A stretch of 64,000 bases of DNA. Source: Rebecca billardiae RCC1528 (Eukaryota > Protista > Haptophyta). The position numbers and the translations under genes were made by a program. The stretch is taken from assembly GCA_965240325.2 (NCBI GenBank), contig OZ251237.1:1550001-1614000 (forward strand), in the 5' to 3' direction. The notes below the pieces were generated by a model, which did not search any database, was not told the DNA's origin, and worked only from the letters and a program-made list of their open reading frames with translations. Each line of letters starts with the position of its first letter. The stretch's first letter is position 1. Shown piece by piece: positions 1 to 11,770 of the stretch.

Positions 1-536
1 TGTTGAGCGCGGTGAGGTAGCCGATCTCGGAGGGCAGCACCCGCGCGAGGGAGATCTGGCCGCACGTCATGCCGCCGCCCCCGCCCGTGCACGACATCTC
101 GAGGTCGTGCAGCCGCGTGAGGTAGCCGATCTCGGTGGGCATGGTGCCCGAGGTCTGCACGTCCGAGAGCACGAGCGACTCGAGGCCGCGGATCTTGCCC
201 ACCTCCGTCGGGACCGTGCCCCACCTCGACGGCCATTCGCCGATCTCCTTGCACGCGAAGTTGCTGGCGTCCGCTTGCTCGAGGCAGCGCAAGTACTCCG
301 TCGAGGTCGAGTACAGGGAGGTCGGCGGCGGCGTGGGCGGCGTTGGCGGCGGCGGCGGGCTTGGCGGCGGGAAGGGGGGCGGAGGAGGCGGCGGCGGGCT
401 CGGCGGCGGCGAGGGCGGGGTTGGCGGCGGCGGCGGGCTTGGCGGCGGCGTCGGAGGCGACGGCGGCGGCGGCGGGCTCGGCGGCGGCGAGGGCGGGATT
501 GGCGGCGGTGGCGGGCTCGGCGGCGGGCAGGGTGGC

Positions 537-576
<40 letters not shown>

Positions 577-710
577 TGGGTGCCGTGGGAGGGCTCGGGG
601 GCTCGTCGTACGTTGGCGGCGGGCTCGGCGGCGGCGGCGAGGGCGAAGGCGGCGGCGGAGAGCCGGGCGGGACCGACGGTGGCGGCGGCGGCGGCGAGGG
701 CGGCGGGAAG

Positions 711-746
<36 letters not shown>

Positions 747-893
747 GAGGGCGTCGGTGGCGGCGAGGGCGGCGGCGGCGGCGGTGGCGGCGGCGGCGGC
801 GGCGGCGGGGTGTAGGGCGGCGGCGGCGGCGAGGGCGGCGGCGAGGGCGGTGAGGGCGGCGGTGACGGGGGCGGCGGCGAGGGCGGCGGCACG

Positions 894-929
<36 letters not shown>

Positions 930-1957
930 GCGGGCGGCGGGCTCGGCGGCGGTGAGGGCGGCGGCGGCGAGGGCGAGGGCGGCGGCGGCGGCGGCGGCGA
1001 GGGGGGCGGCAGCGGCGAGGGCGGCGGCGGCGGCGAGGGCGGCGGGGTAGGGGGCGGCGGCGGCGAGGGCGGCGGCGGCGGCGAGGGCGGGGGCGATGGC
1101 GGCGATGGTGGCGGCGCTGGCGATGGCGGCGGCGGCGGCGGGCTCGGCGGCGGGGTGGGCGGCGGGCTCGGCGGCGGGCTCGGCGGCGGTGGCGAGGGTG
1201 ATGGCGGCGGCGGCGGCGATGGCGGCGGCGATGGGGGCGGCGGCGAGGGCGGCGGCGATGGTGGCGGCGATGGCGGCGGCGATGGCGGCGGGCTTGGCGG
1301 CGGGCTTGGCGGCGGCGGCGACGGCGGCGGCGAGGGCGGCGGCGAGGGCGGTGGGGATGGCGGCGGGCTCGGCGGCGGCGGCGATGGCGGCGGCGATGGC
1401 GGCGGCGAGGGCGGCGGCGATGGCGGCGGCGAGGGCGGCGGCGGTGATGGCGGCGGCGATGGTGGCGGCGAGGGCGGCGGCGAGGGCGGCGGCGTCGGCG
1501 GCGGCGAGGGCGGCGGGCTCGGCGGCGGCGAGGGCGGCGGCGTCGGCGGCGGCGAGGGCGGCGGCGAGGGCGGCGGCGTCGGCGGCGGCGAGGGCGGCGG
1601 GCTCGGCGGCGGCGAGGGCGGCGGCGTCGGCGGCGGCGAGGGCGGCGGCGAGGGCGGCGGCGATGGAGGCGGCGATGGAGGCGGGCTCGGCGGCGGCGAT
1701 GGTGGCGGCGATGGCGGCGGCGACGGCGGCGGCGATGGCGGTGGGGATGGTGGCGGGCTCGGCGGCGGCGGCGATGGCGGCGGCGATGGCGGCGGCGATG
1801 GCGGCGGCGAGGGCGGCGGGCTTGGCGGTGGGGATGGCGGCGAGCTCGGCGGCGGCGGCGAGGGCGGCGGCGAGGGCGGTGGCGAGGGCTGGGCGGCAGC
1901 CAGGATGACCAGCGCACCGAGCACGAGCACGCGCATCAGAGCAGGAGCACGCGCCAT
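1..1957 (-). CDS. Extensin-like (SPn) / LRR cell-surface protein, paralog 1 (3' part runs off the window)
   Basis: ATG at 1957 gives MARAPALMRVLVLGALVILAAAQPSPPPSPPP (signal peptide, then SPPP repeats). The frame stays open to position 1, so it is absent from the ORF track. Bases 1-~750 are the reverse complement of ~5755-6507 in paralog 2. Confidence 0.9.
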
Positions 1958-2447
1958 CCTCGCGTCGGTGGTCCTGTACCGTGCGCACGACGCGCTCAAA
2001 CGCGGCGGAAAGGCACGTCGGCGAGCACCTCGCCTGATTTCGGCCGCTCAAGTTGTGTACGTCGTCGGTTGATGAAGTCCGCGCGTTGTTGATGGGATCA
2101 CGCGCAGCAGATATTAGGTCAGATCGTGTCGGCTGCTTCGCGCGCGTGCCTGCCTCCAGATTCTGAGCATCATTGATGATGTCGATTCAGCCGGGTTATT
2201 TGTAAGACCCCTTGATTCAGCGCCGGCCCCAAATCACATGGGCCATGGCGACCGAACAACCCTCCGCTGGCGGCGCTTGACAGTGGTGAGTGTGGAGAAT
2301 CGGAGTGAGGGCGACGATGGCGTTTGCACGGGGACGATGGTTAGCAGTGCCGTCTGTGTTCTCACCGCTGCTCTGTGACTTTCTTTTCTAGACCCCGGCA
2401 GTTCTGACGCATTCTTTTTCGCTAGCCCTGAGCAGCGGGCTCATCTG

Positions 2448-3375
2448 AAACCGCAAGCTCGGCATACCTCTCAGCCGAGCGTGCACGTGCCTTGCGCGAC
2501 GCGACGCCGGCATTGCCGCCGGGCGATATAGGCGTAGTGTGAGCGCGCGCCGTGAAGCCTCGGCACGGATCGAGAGCAATGAAATAATAATGATGCCGCG
2601 TGCGCGCGTGGACAGTCGGCAAGTCCAACTACTACTAACTTCGGGCACAACATCATCCACCAGCTGCTGACCAAGAACAGGCTACACCATCGTCCACCAC
2701 GACCTGCCACTGACCAAGAAGGCGACGACATCATCCGCACCAGCTGCTGACCAAGTAGGGGACGGCCTGGCCAACGCCAACATGCTCACTCGCCTTTGAT
2801 TTCGTACCCATGCACTTCCTGGTGGGCCTGACGACGTCCGGACGACGACAACAACGACATCCGCCATGGGGACCAACATCAACGCGCTCACACCACTGCA
2901 ACTGCTGCAAGCTTCGACCAGTACCACTACAGACGAATCAGGAGAGCTGCGCCCTCGTGCCTGTGTCTTTAAATCATAGAATTAGTCTGTGCGTTGAGCA
3001 GTGCCGTTAGAAAGCTTGACAACTGACTCTCTTGCCGGGGCGATCGTCACGTCGCATCGTCACGCAAGGCCCGCCCGCACGTCATAGTGGCGTATGTCTT
3101 CATGGTTGCAACGCTCGACTAGTCTTCACGAGTTGCAGCGTCGCGATAGCCCTTTCGTGCAACGGAGGCAGGTGTAATGTGATGTCCAATGGTGGGTGGT
3201 GCCGTCAGCAGTTGTCGACAGCTGACCGAGACGTTGAGGACACTCTCGATCCGTGCCGAGGCTTCACGGCGGGCGCTCACACTACGCCTACATCGCCCGG
3301 CGGCAATGCAGGTGTCGCGTCGCGCAAGGCACGTGCACGCTCGGCTGAGAGGTACTGATGCCGAGCTTGCGGTTT
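2448..3375. repeat. Inverted repeat pair (~130-bp arms at 2448-2576 and 3243-3375) in the spacer between paralogs 1 and 2
   Basis: aaaccgcaagctcggcat...cggcacggatcgagag is matched in reverse by ctctcgatccgtgccgag...atgccgagcttgcggttt, with a few mismatches and one small indel. No clear TSD. Confidence 0.75.
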
Positions 3376-4250
3376 GGCGGCGCATGCGTCCACGGCGGCC
3401 GAGGCGCGAGACAGGCAGAGCTAGGCAAGGCGCGCGGCGCGCTGCGGCGCGCGAGGCCATCGACAAGCCGCGCGACCGCGCCAGATCGCTCGGCGTGCGC
3501 AGCAGCGGCCGCACGAGCCCACGCCGTGCACGCCCCGAGCGGCCCGCCACAGCGGCGGCGGCCCCGCGCGCCGCGCCGCTGCAAAAATCTGTAAGGTGAA
3601 GCTCCGGCGCCGGACTCAGCTGGAGTCGTCGGCGATCCTGGGAAGGCGGGAAACTGTCTCGAATCTTCAAAATCGGGGGCGAGCGGTGGATCTTCGTGGT
3701 CGAATTCAAATTTAACGCGGAACGGCGCGATCCTGGACTCCGGTGCTTGCGTGGCCAAGCTGCCAGAGGGGTGCTGATGGAATCGCGCTGTCTTGAGAGG
3801 TCGCGTTCGTTCGACGAAGAGATTTCGGCACGCGCTCACGTGTATTGGACGAGAATCTTAATCAGCCAATGGATGAGCAGTGGATTCCCTGCGCCATCCG
3901 CCATGCGTTCAGAAGCTTCAATGCGGTATGGGTTCGGTTGTGATGACTCATGACTGATGAGAGATATTTTTGTGGGTACCGGCCAAAGAATATAAGATGT
4001 GGTGCGTAGCAGGCTTCGTGAACCATCGCCGACACCAGGGCTCGGTAGCTGGCCTCTGCGGCGGGCGGCGCGCCGAGGTGAAAAAGCGGCGGGCGGTGCG
4101 AAGACGAGCCGCGATGCGCGCTGAACAAAAGCCGCGGCTGAGCGCTCAAGTTTCGCATCTCGACGCTGGTCCGAGGGCCGCGTGCACGCTGCTCCAGTCG
4201 GTGCGGTTGCTGCACGGACACTGCGTGCTCTTGGCGCAGCCCGCACGAGG

Positions 4251-5578
4251 ATGTCGCGCGCTCCTGCTCTGATGCGCGCGCTCGTGATCGGCGCGCTAGT
4301 CGCCCTGGCTGCCGCCCAGCCGTCGCCGCCGCCGTCGCCGCCGCCGTCGCCACCGCCGTCGCCGCCGCCGTCGCCGCCGCCCCCGTTGCCGCAGCCTGCG
4401 CCGCCGCCGTCGCCGCCGCCGTCGCCGCCGCCGACGCCGCCGCCGTCGCCGCCGCCCTCGCCGCCGCCCTCGCCGCCGCCCTCGCCGCCGCCGCCCTCGC
4501 CGCCGCCCTCGCCGCCGCCCTCGCCGCCGCCCTCGCCGCCGCCCTCGCCGCCGCCGCCGAGCCCGCCGCCATCCCCGCCGCCGACGCCGCCGCCATCGCC
4601 GCCGCCGTCGCCGCCGCCGTCGCCGCCGCCATCGCCACCGCCGTCGCCGCCGCCGCCGTCCCCGCCGCCAAGCCCGCCTCCAACGCCGCCGCCGTCGCCA
4701 CCACCAAGCCCGCCTCCATCGCCGCCGCCGTCGCCGCCGCCCTCGCCGCCGCCCTCGCCGCCACCGTCGCCGCCGCCCTCGCCGCCGCCCTCGCCGCCGC
4801 CCTCGCCGCCGCCCTCGCCGCCGCCGACGCCGCCGCCATCGCCGCCGCCATCGCCGCCGCCATCGCCGCCGCCCTCGCCGCCGCCCTCGCCACCGCCGTC
4901 GCCGCCGCCATCGCCGCCGCCATCGCCGCCGCCCTCGCCGCCGCCCTCGCCGCCTCCGACGCCGCCGCCCTCGCCGCCGCCCTCGCCGCCGCCCTCTCCG
5001 CCGCCGTCGCCGCCGCCATCGCCGCCGCCATCGCCGCCGCCATCGCCGCCGCCATCGCCGCCGCCATCGCCGCCGCCGTCGCCGCCGCCGTCGCCGCCGC
5101 CATCGCCCCCGCCATCGCCGCCGCCGACGCCGCCGCCCTCGCCGCCGCCCTCGCCGCCGCCCTCGCCGCCGCCCTCGCCGCCGCCCTCGCCGCCGCCGCC
5201 AAGCCCGCCGCCAAGCCCGCCGCCAAGCCCGCCGCCAAGCCCGCCGCCATCGCCGCCGCCATCGCCTCCGCCGCCATCGCCACCACCATCGCCGCCGCCG
5301 CCGCCGTCGCCGTCGCCACCGCCGCCGAGCCCGCCGCCGAGCCCGCCGCCCACCCCGCCGCCGAGCCCGCCGCCGCCGCCGCCATCGCCAGCGCCGCCAC
5401 CATCGCCGCCATCGCCCCCGCCCTCGCCGCCGCCGCCGCCCTCGCCGCCGCCGCCCCCTACCCCGCCACCCTCGCCGCCGCCGCCGCCCTCGCCGCTGCC
5501 GCCCCCCTCGCCGCCGCCGCCGCCGCCGCCCTCGCCCTCGCCGCCGCCGCCCTCGCCGCCGCCCTCGCCGCCGCCCGC

Positions 5579-5614
<36 letters not shown>

Positions 5615-5724
5615 CGTGCCGCCGCCCTCGCCGCCGCCCCCGTCGCCGCCGCCCTCACCGCCCTCGCCGCCGCCCTCGCCGCCGCCGAGCCCGCCGCCCT
5701 CGCCGCCGCCCTCGCCGCCGCCCT

Positions 5725-5797
<73 letters not shown>

Positions 5798-5931
5798 CTT
5801 CCCGCCGCCCTCGCCGCCGCCGCCGCCACCGTCGGTCCCGCCCGGCTCTCCGCCGCCGCCTTCGCCCTCGCCGCCGCCGCCGAGCCCGCCGCCAACGTAC
5901 GACGAGCCCCCGAGCCCTCCCACGGCACCCA

Positions 5932-5971
<40 letters not shown>

Positions 5972-7817
5972 GCCACCCTGCCCGCCGCCGAGCCCGCCAC
6001 CGCCGCCAATCCCGCCCTCGCCGCCGCCGAGCCCGCCGCCGCCGCCGTCGCCTCCGACGCCGCCGCCAAGCCCGCCGCCGCCGCCAACCCCGCCCTCGCC
6101 GCCGCCGAGCCCGCCGCCGCCTCCTCCGCCCCCCTTCCCGCCGCCAAGCCCGCCGCCGCCGCCAACGCCGCCCACGCCGCCGCCGACCTCCCTGTACTCG
6201 ACCTCGACGGAGTACTTGCGCTGCCTCGAGCAAGCGGACGCCAGCAACTTCGCGTGCAAGGAGATCGGCGAATGGCCGTCGAGGTGGGGCACGGTCCCGA
6301 CGGAGGTGGGCAAGATCCGCGGCCTCGAGTCGCTCGTGCTCTCGGACGTGCAGACCTCGGGCACCATGCCCACCGAGATCGGCTACCTCACGCGGCTGCA
6401 CGACCTCGAGATGTCGTGCACGGGCGGGGGCGGCGGCATGACGTGCGGCCAGATCTCCCTCGCGCGGGTGCTGCCCTCCGAGATCGGCTACCTCACCGCG
6501 CTCAACAGTGTGTCGCTCACCGACCTCGACTCGCCGAGCACCGAGATCCCCACCGAGATCGGCAAGTGCACCGACCTCGAGGATTTCGAGCTGAGCGGCG
6601 TCTCGATCGGCGGCACGCTCCCGACACAGCTCTTCGGCGGCGCGCTCACCATGCTCAGCCTCGACACTGTCAGCGGGATCGGCGGGCCCATCCCCACGGA
6701 GATCGGCACCGTGCTCACCAACCCCACGGTGTCCGCGCAGTCCCAAGACGTGATCTTGAACAACTTCGACAGCCCAGGCCTCACGGGCTCCATCCCGACC
6801 GAGATCGGCGCGATGAGCGGCGTGAGCTACCTGCAGCTCTCGCGGCACATCAACGTGGACGGCTCGGTGCCGACGGAGATCGGCATGATGGTGTCGCTCA
6901 CGGACCTCGAGATCAACAACAACAACCTCGGCGGCGCGCTGCCCACCGAGATCGCGCGCATTGCCACCAAGACCGCCGTGGTCAAGCAGGACGGCACGGT
7001 CAAGGTCGGCTCGGGCGGCGCGCCTCTGGACTCGCTCATCGTGTCGGGCAACAACCTGGGCGGCGCGATCCCGACCGAGTTTGCGCGCGTGACCGACCTC
7101 TCGACCTGCCAGCTGGAGGAGATCAGCAACACGTTCTTCACTGACCTGGGCATGGAGCGCGACAACTTCTTCCTGGTCAACCCGACGACCAAGTTCTCCG
7201 ACAGCAGCTGCCTGCCCAGCGGCGCGTACTCGTCGCCGCCGTCGCCGCCGCCGGGCGAGCAGGACGCGCCGGCAGAGGGCCTCAACATCGACGCCGACCT
7301 CAAGATGCAGGGCGACCCCTCGCTGTGCAACAGCGCGACGTTCCGGGACGGCGTGACCAAGGGTATCGCGCGTGCTGTCAACGTGCAGCCGAACCGGGTC
7401 GAGATCACCGGCTGCAAGGGCGGCTCGGTGATCGTCTCGTTCCGCATCAAGCAGGTGACGGGCGAGTACACCGACTCGATCAGCGTGGCGGACAAGCTGC
7501 GCAACTCCGAGATCCAGAAGCTGATCGCCAACTACGTGACAGCGAACACGGGTGTGGCGGTTGCGGCCAACTCGATCGACATCACCGGCATCTCCGAGTT
7601 CGGCTTCAACCCGCCGCCACCGCCGAGCCCGCCGCCCTCATCGCCACCGCCGGCTCTCCCGCCGGCAGGTGCTCAGGGCCTGTCGGACGCTGAGATCGCG
7701 GGTGCGACCGTCGGCTCCGTGGGTGGCTGCATCTGCCTGTGCGGCATCGCGTATCTCGTCTACTACTACTATGGCAAGGGCCAGCAGGGCGGTGACGCGG
7801 CGATCGCGCGCGCCTAA
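4251..7817 (+). CDS. Extensin-like (SPn) / LRR / SEA-like / TM cell-surface protein, paralog 2
   Basis: Intronless ORF. Signal peptide MSRAPALMRALVIGALVALAAA; ~620 aa of SPPP/SPPPP repeats; plant-type LRRs (GTVPTEVG, GTMPTEIG, GSIPTEIG, GGALPTEI); a SEA-like segment (FRDGVTKGIARAVNVQPNRVEITGCKGGSVIVSFRI); TM helix IAGATVGSVGGCICLCGIAYLVYYYY; short tail. Confidence 0.9.
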
Positions 7818-9716
7818 GCATTTATTCCCCCAAGTCCATTCGCTCTGCACGCCGGCGTCGACGACCGCTGCTGCCGTGGGCGCAGGTCGAGTCGCGCGCC
7901 AGCCGGTACGGCTGAGCACTCCATCCACCAAGTGTCTGCTCCTCGCTGTGTCGTCCGCGTCGCGGTGACGCCCGCGCCACCCACTGCCTGACTCCGACGC
8001 GGCTCTGCGGGAACCTTCACCCCGATCGTCACCTGCTAATTTTGCCGGTCGGGTTGTCCGGCACTGCGTCCGCTGACTACTCATCTCTGTCTGTGCCCGG
8101 AGGCGCCTTCAATCTTATAATTATAATACTGACTATTAATAACACGATGATGATATATATATATATAACTAGGGGGCAGGGCCAGGGCTGCGGGTGGGCC
8201 CGCGGTGGGGCCGGTGGCGCACTGCCTAACCTATACGGTCTGACTCTGAGACTGAGTACTCACTTCAAAAAGAGCCTAGTCAGGGAACCGTGGATTTGGG
8301 CACCGCGTGGAAAGTTCAAGTGGAAGGGCATAATAACTCCGAACTCGTGGCCCGAAGTCAGGCGCGGACGCGCATTCACCATTCTGATGAATGATGCGGA
8401 TCCGATATTGCGGTATACTGTGTATATTTAAGGTACTAGCTTAGCAGCCGTCGTCAAAACCCCCATTGGCCATTACACAAACAAAGACCGCCCCCCTGCC
8501 GGCTGCCCCCATTCACCATTGTGATTGGGCAATCAAATTATTCGGCACTTATTATGCGTGCATACAGCGTCATCAAAAACCCCGCCATATTATAAGAAGT
8601 TAGAAGATCGATGGCCCCCGCCATTGTGACTCAGATTTAATAATGTATGTGATGAGAAATCGCGGCGCACTTATGCGTGCATAGTCGCCGAAGGGATGAC
8701 TGGCAGCCACATGGTCCCCGCAGTGAGCGCTAGATGCCCCACGCACTGATCAGGCGCTTCAGAAAGCTTTGTGCGAATCCGAAGGTCGACGGGCGTCGGC
8801 CAACCCGTCGGCCAAAGCATGCGCCACTTTTGCTGTGATTCACTCTCTTCGACAGTGAAGAGTGACGCGATATCTCACTCAGCCGAGTGACCGAGGACTC
8901 ATCCTCATGCAGATCACAGATGACACAGACACTGAGTAGCATAGCACTCAGGCAGGCGATACTGATAGATACATCAGGCAATCGCGGGCGGCAATAAGAA
9001 GTCAGAGATCCCACGGCAAGTGACAAGTCTCATCTATCATCGATACTGCTTTTAGTTTTTAGCCGCGTTCGGTCGCCCGAAAGCCTATCGGCGGAGTCTC
9101 CGTTTCTTCAGTTAGGTCCGCCCGCTGCGCACTTGGCACAGGCGCGGGCCGGCCGCCGCGGGGGGCGCAGGCGGAGGCAGAGCCCCCCACTGAGTCTTCA
9201 GGCCCGGCTGGCGCAAGGCCGACTATATTGTTTTTATTGGGCACTTATTTTGGAGCAAATATATGGCATGATGTTGCACGATGCCGGCGCACTGCCAGTG
9301 GTCAGGAGCGCTGATGACGTGACTTGGAGTCCAGGCTCGGCGCGCGCGCCGCAGCCAGCACCGCGCCACCCGCGGCCGCGAGCGGCTGGGCCGGCCGGCG
9401 GCGCTGCCGGCGAGCAGACGTAACTAGTTAGTCTGCTTGGTTTCTTAATGGGACTGTGCGTATAGCGAACAAAACAATATCGCTAGCGATAGTCTCAGTT
9501 TCTACGCCAGATCCGCAGATAGTAGTAAGTCCCAGTTTCTTAACGTGACAGCTTCTTATTGCCAGCGATTGCCTGTACAGAATGGCCGTCAGATGTGAGA
9601 AGAGAGAGTGAGTCACCTTGGCCCCTGCAAGTTGCAGCTGCCCAGTTCCCATGCGCAGCCCCGGACAGTCGATAACGCGAACCCGGGCTGATCGAGGACG
9701 TGGACATAGGCGTCAG

Positions 9717-9810
9717 AGTGGTCGAGCAGTCGAAAGGAAAGCTATGAAGCCTCATGCTCACGCAGTGGTCGAGCAGTCGAAAGGAAAGCTATGAAGCCTC
9801 ATGCTCACGC
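9717..9810. repeat. Perfect 47-bp tandem duplication
   Basis: agtggtcgagcagtcgaaaggaaagctatgaagcctcatgctcacgc occurs at 9717-9763 and 9764-9810. Confidence 0.9.
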
Positions 9811-10880
9811 GTTCGTAGTGCATACGACCGCGCCAACCTGCCTACATACAAAACGCCATATATCTCCCTGTGACCCGGTGACCCGGACGTTGGCGCAGCG
9901 GCCGTGGGTCCCGGTGGGATGGGATCACGGGCACTACGCGAGCTTTCCTTTTCGTTTGCCCGGGCTTCGTTCGCGTGACGGCGAGGGCGAATCTGGAGGC
10001 CGCCAACCCGGACTGCGGACAGCGACTCACGGCGAGCACGCCGCACCAGCGCTTGGGGCGGGCGGCGGGGCGCCGAGGCCGTGGAGTTGCCGATACAAGC
10101 CGCGCCGCCTTGAGACACCGATCGTGCGGGTTGATGCAGCCCTAGACGGTTGGTGACGAGTGCCGATCAGCTTACACGCGGCTTGCCTGCAGTGGAGATG
10201 AAACAACAGACCGTGAGCGCCCTGAAGCGACGAACCGGAGTCTGCTTCGGGAGTTCGGGTTGCGCATGGGCGCAGCAACTTGCGCACATTTGTATGCAAC
10301 GCCTGCGCACGTGGCTGTTGTCATGCTATGTCTGAGTAGTTGCTCTGGTGAGTAGGCCGGTCAAGGGCTCACGAGATTTGCAAGGGCAAGAAGAGAATTG
10401 CGTGCGAGGTGCAGATATGCTCACGATCGGTGACTCCAGGCGGCGTTGCTTGCGCGAAAGTACATGCTCCCTCGCTCGGCCGCAGCTCGTGCCCCGAGTT
10501 GATCGCATCGCGCGCCAGGCGGGCGCTCTCGGCGGAGACCGGCGTGGACTGCTCATTGTGAGGCGACGCTCGCATGCGCGCTGATCGTCGGCGCGGCGAT
10601 GTCGACGAGGACTCGAGGAGCGAGCGGCGGGGTGCAGCGCTGAGCAGTGAGTGAGCACGGGCGCATCCAGCGGAACCGGCCGGTGAGCAACGGGCGGCAT
10701 TCATCCGGATTATTCCGGACTTGCGCGCCGCCGCCGCCCGGCGCCGGGCGGCCGCGCGCCGCCCGGCAAAGTTATTGGCCCAAAAGTTGAACGCGAGGAC
10801 GCACTGGCAAGGGCTGCCCCAGCCCAAGTTGGCACCTGTCCGCGCGCAACCGCACGCGTATCTCGCGCACCCTGCGTGAG

Positions 10881-11679
10881 ATGGCTCGCGCTTGCATGTT
10901 GATGCGCGTGCTTGCACTCGCCATTCTCGTGACCTTGGCCGACGCGGTAAATCCGCCCTCGCCGCCAGCGCCGCCGCCGAGCCCGCCGCCCTCGCCGCCG
11001 CCCTCGCCGCCGCCCTCGCCGCCGCCAAGCCCGCCGCCCTCGCCGCCGCCCCCGTCGCCGCCGCCGTCACCACCGCCGTCGCCGCCCCCCTCGCCGCCGC
11101 CGTCGCCGCCGCCCTCGCCGCCCCCCTCGCCGCCGCCCTCGCCGCCGCCCTCGCCGCCGCCCTCGCCGCCGCCCTCGCCGCCGCCCTCGCCGCCGCCCTC
11201 GCCGCCGCCCTCGCCGCCGCCCTCGCCGCCGCCCTCGCCGCCGCCGCCCTCGCCGCCGCCAAGCCCACCGCCCTCGCCGCCGCCGAGCCCGCCGCCCTCG
11301 CCGCCGCCGAGCCCGCCGCCCTCGCCACCGCCCTCGCCGCCGCCGCCCTCGCCACCGCCCTCGCCGCCGCCGTTGCCGCCGCCGTCGCCGCCACCCTCGC
11401 CGCCGCCGCCCTCGCCGCCGCCGGCGCCGCCGCCCTCGCCGCCGCCGCCCTCGCCGCCGCCCTCGCCGCCGCCGCCGCCCTCGCCCTCGCCGCCACCGCC
11501 AAGCCCGCCGCCGAGCCCTCCGCCCGTGCCGCCGCCGAGCCCGCCGCCGCCACCGCCGCCGCCCTTCCCGCCGCCGAGCCCGCCGCCGCCGCCGAACCCA
11601 CCGTCACCGCCGCCGAGCCCGCCGCCGCCGCCCACCCCTCCCTCGCCGCCACCCTCGCCCCCGCCGCCGCCGCCACCAG

Positions 11680-11713
<34 letters not shown>

Positions 11714-11737
11714 CTCGCCCTCGCCGCCGCCGCCCTC

Positions 11738-11770
<33 letters not shown>

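Noticed and set aside
9717-9810. CRISPR-like array
   Set aside because: Only two adjacent units with no spacers, no cas genes, and a eukaryotic context.
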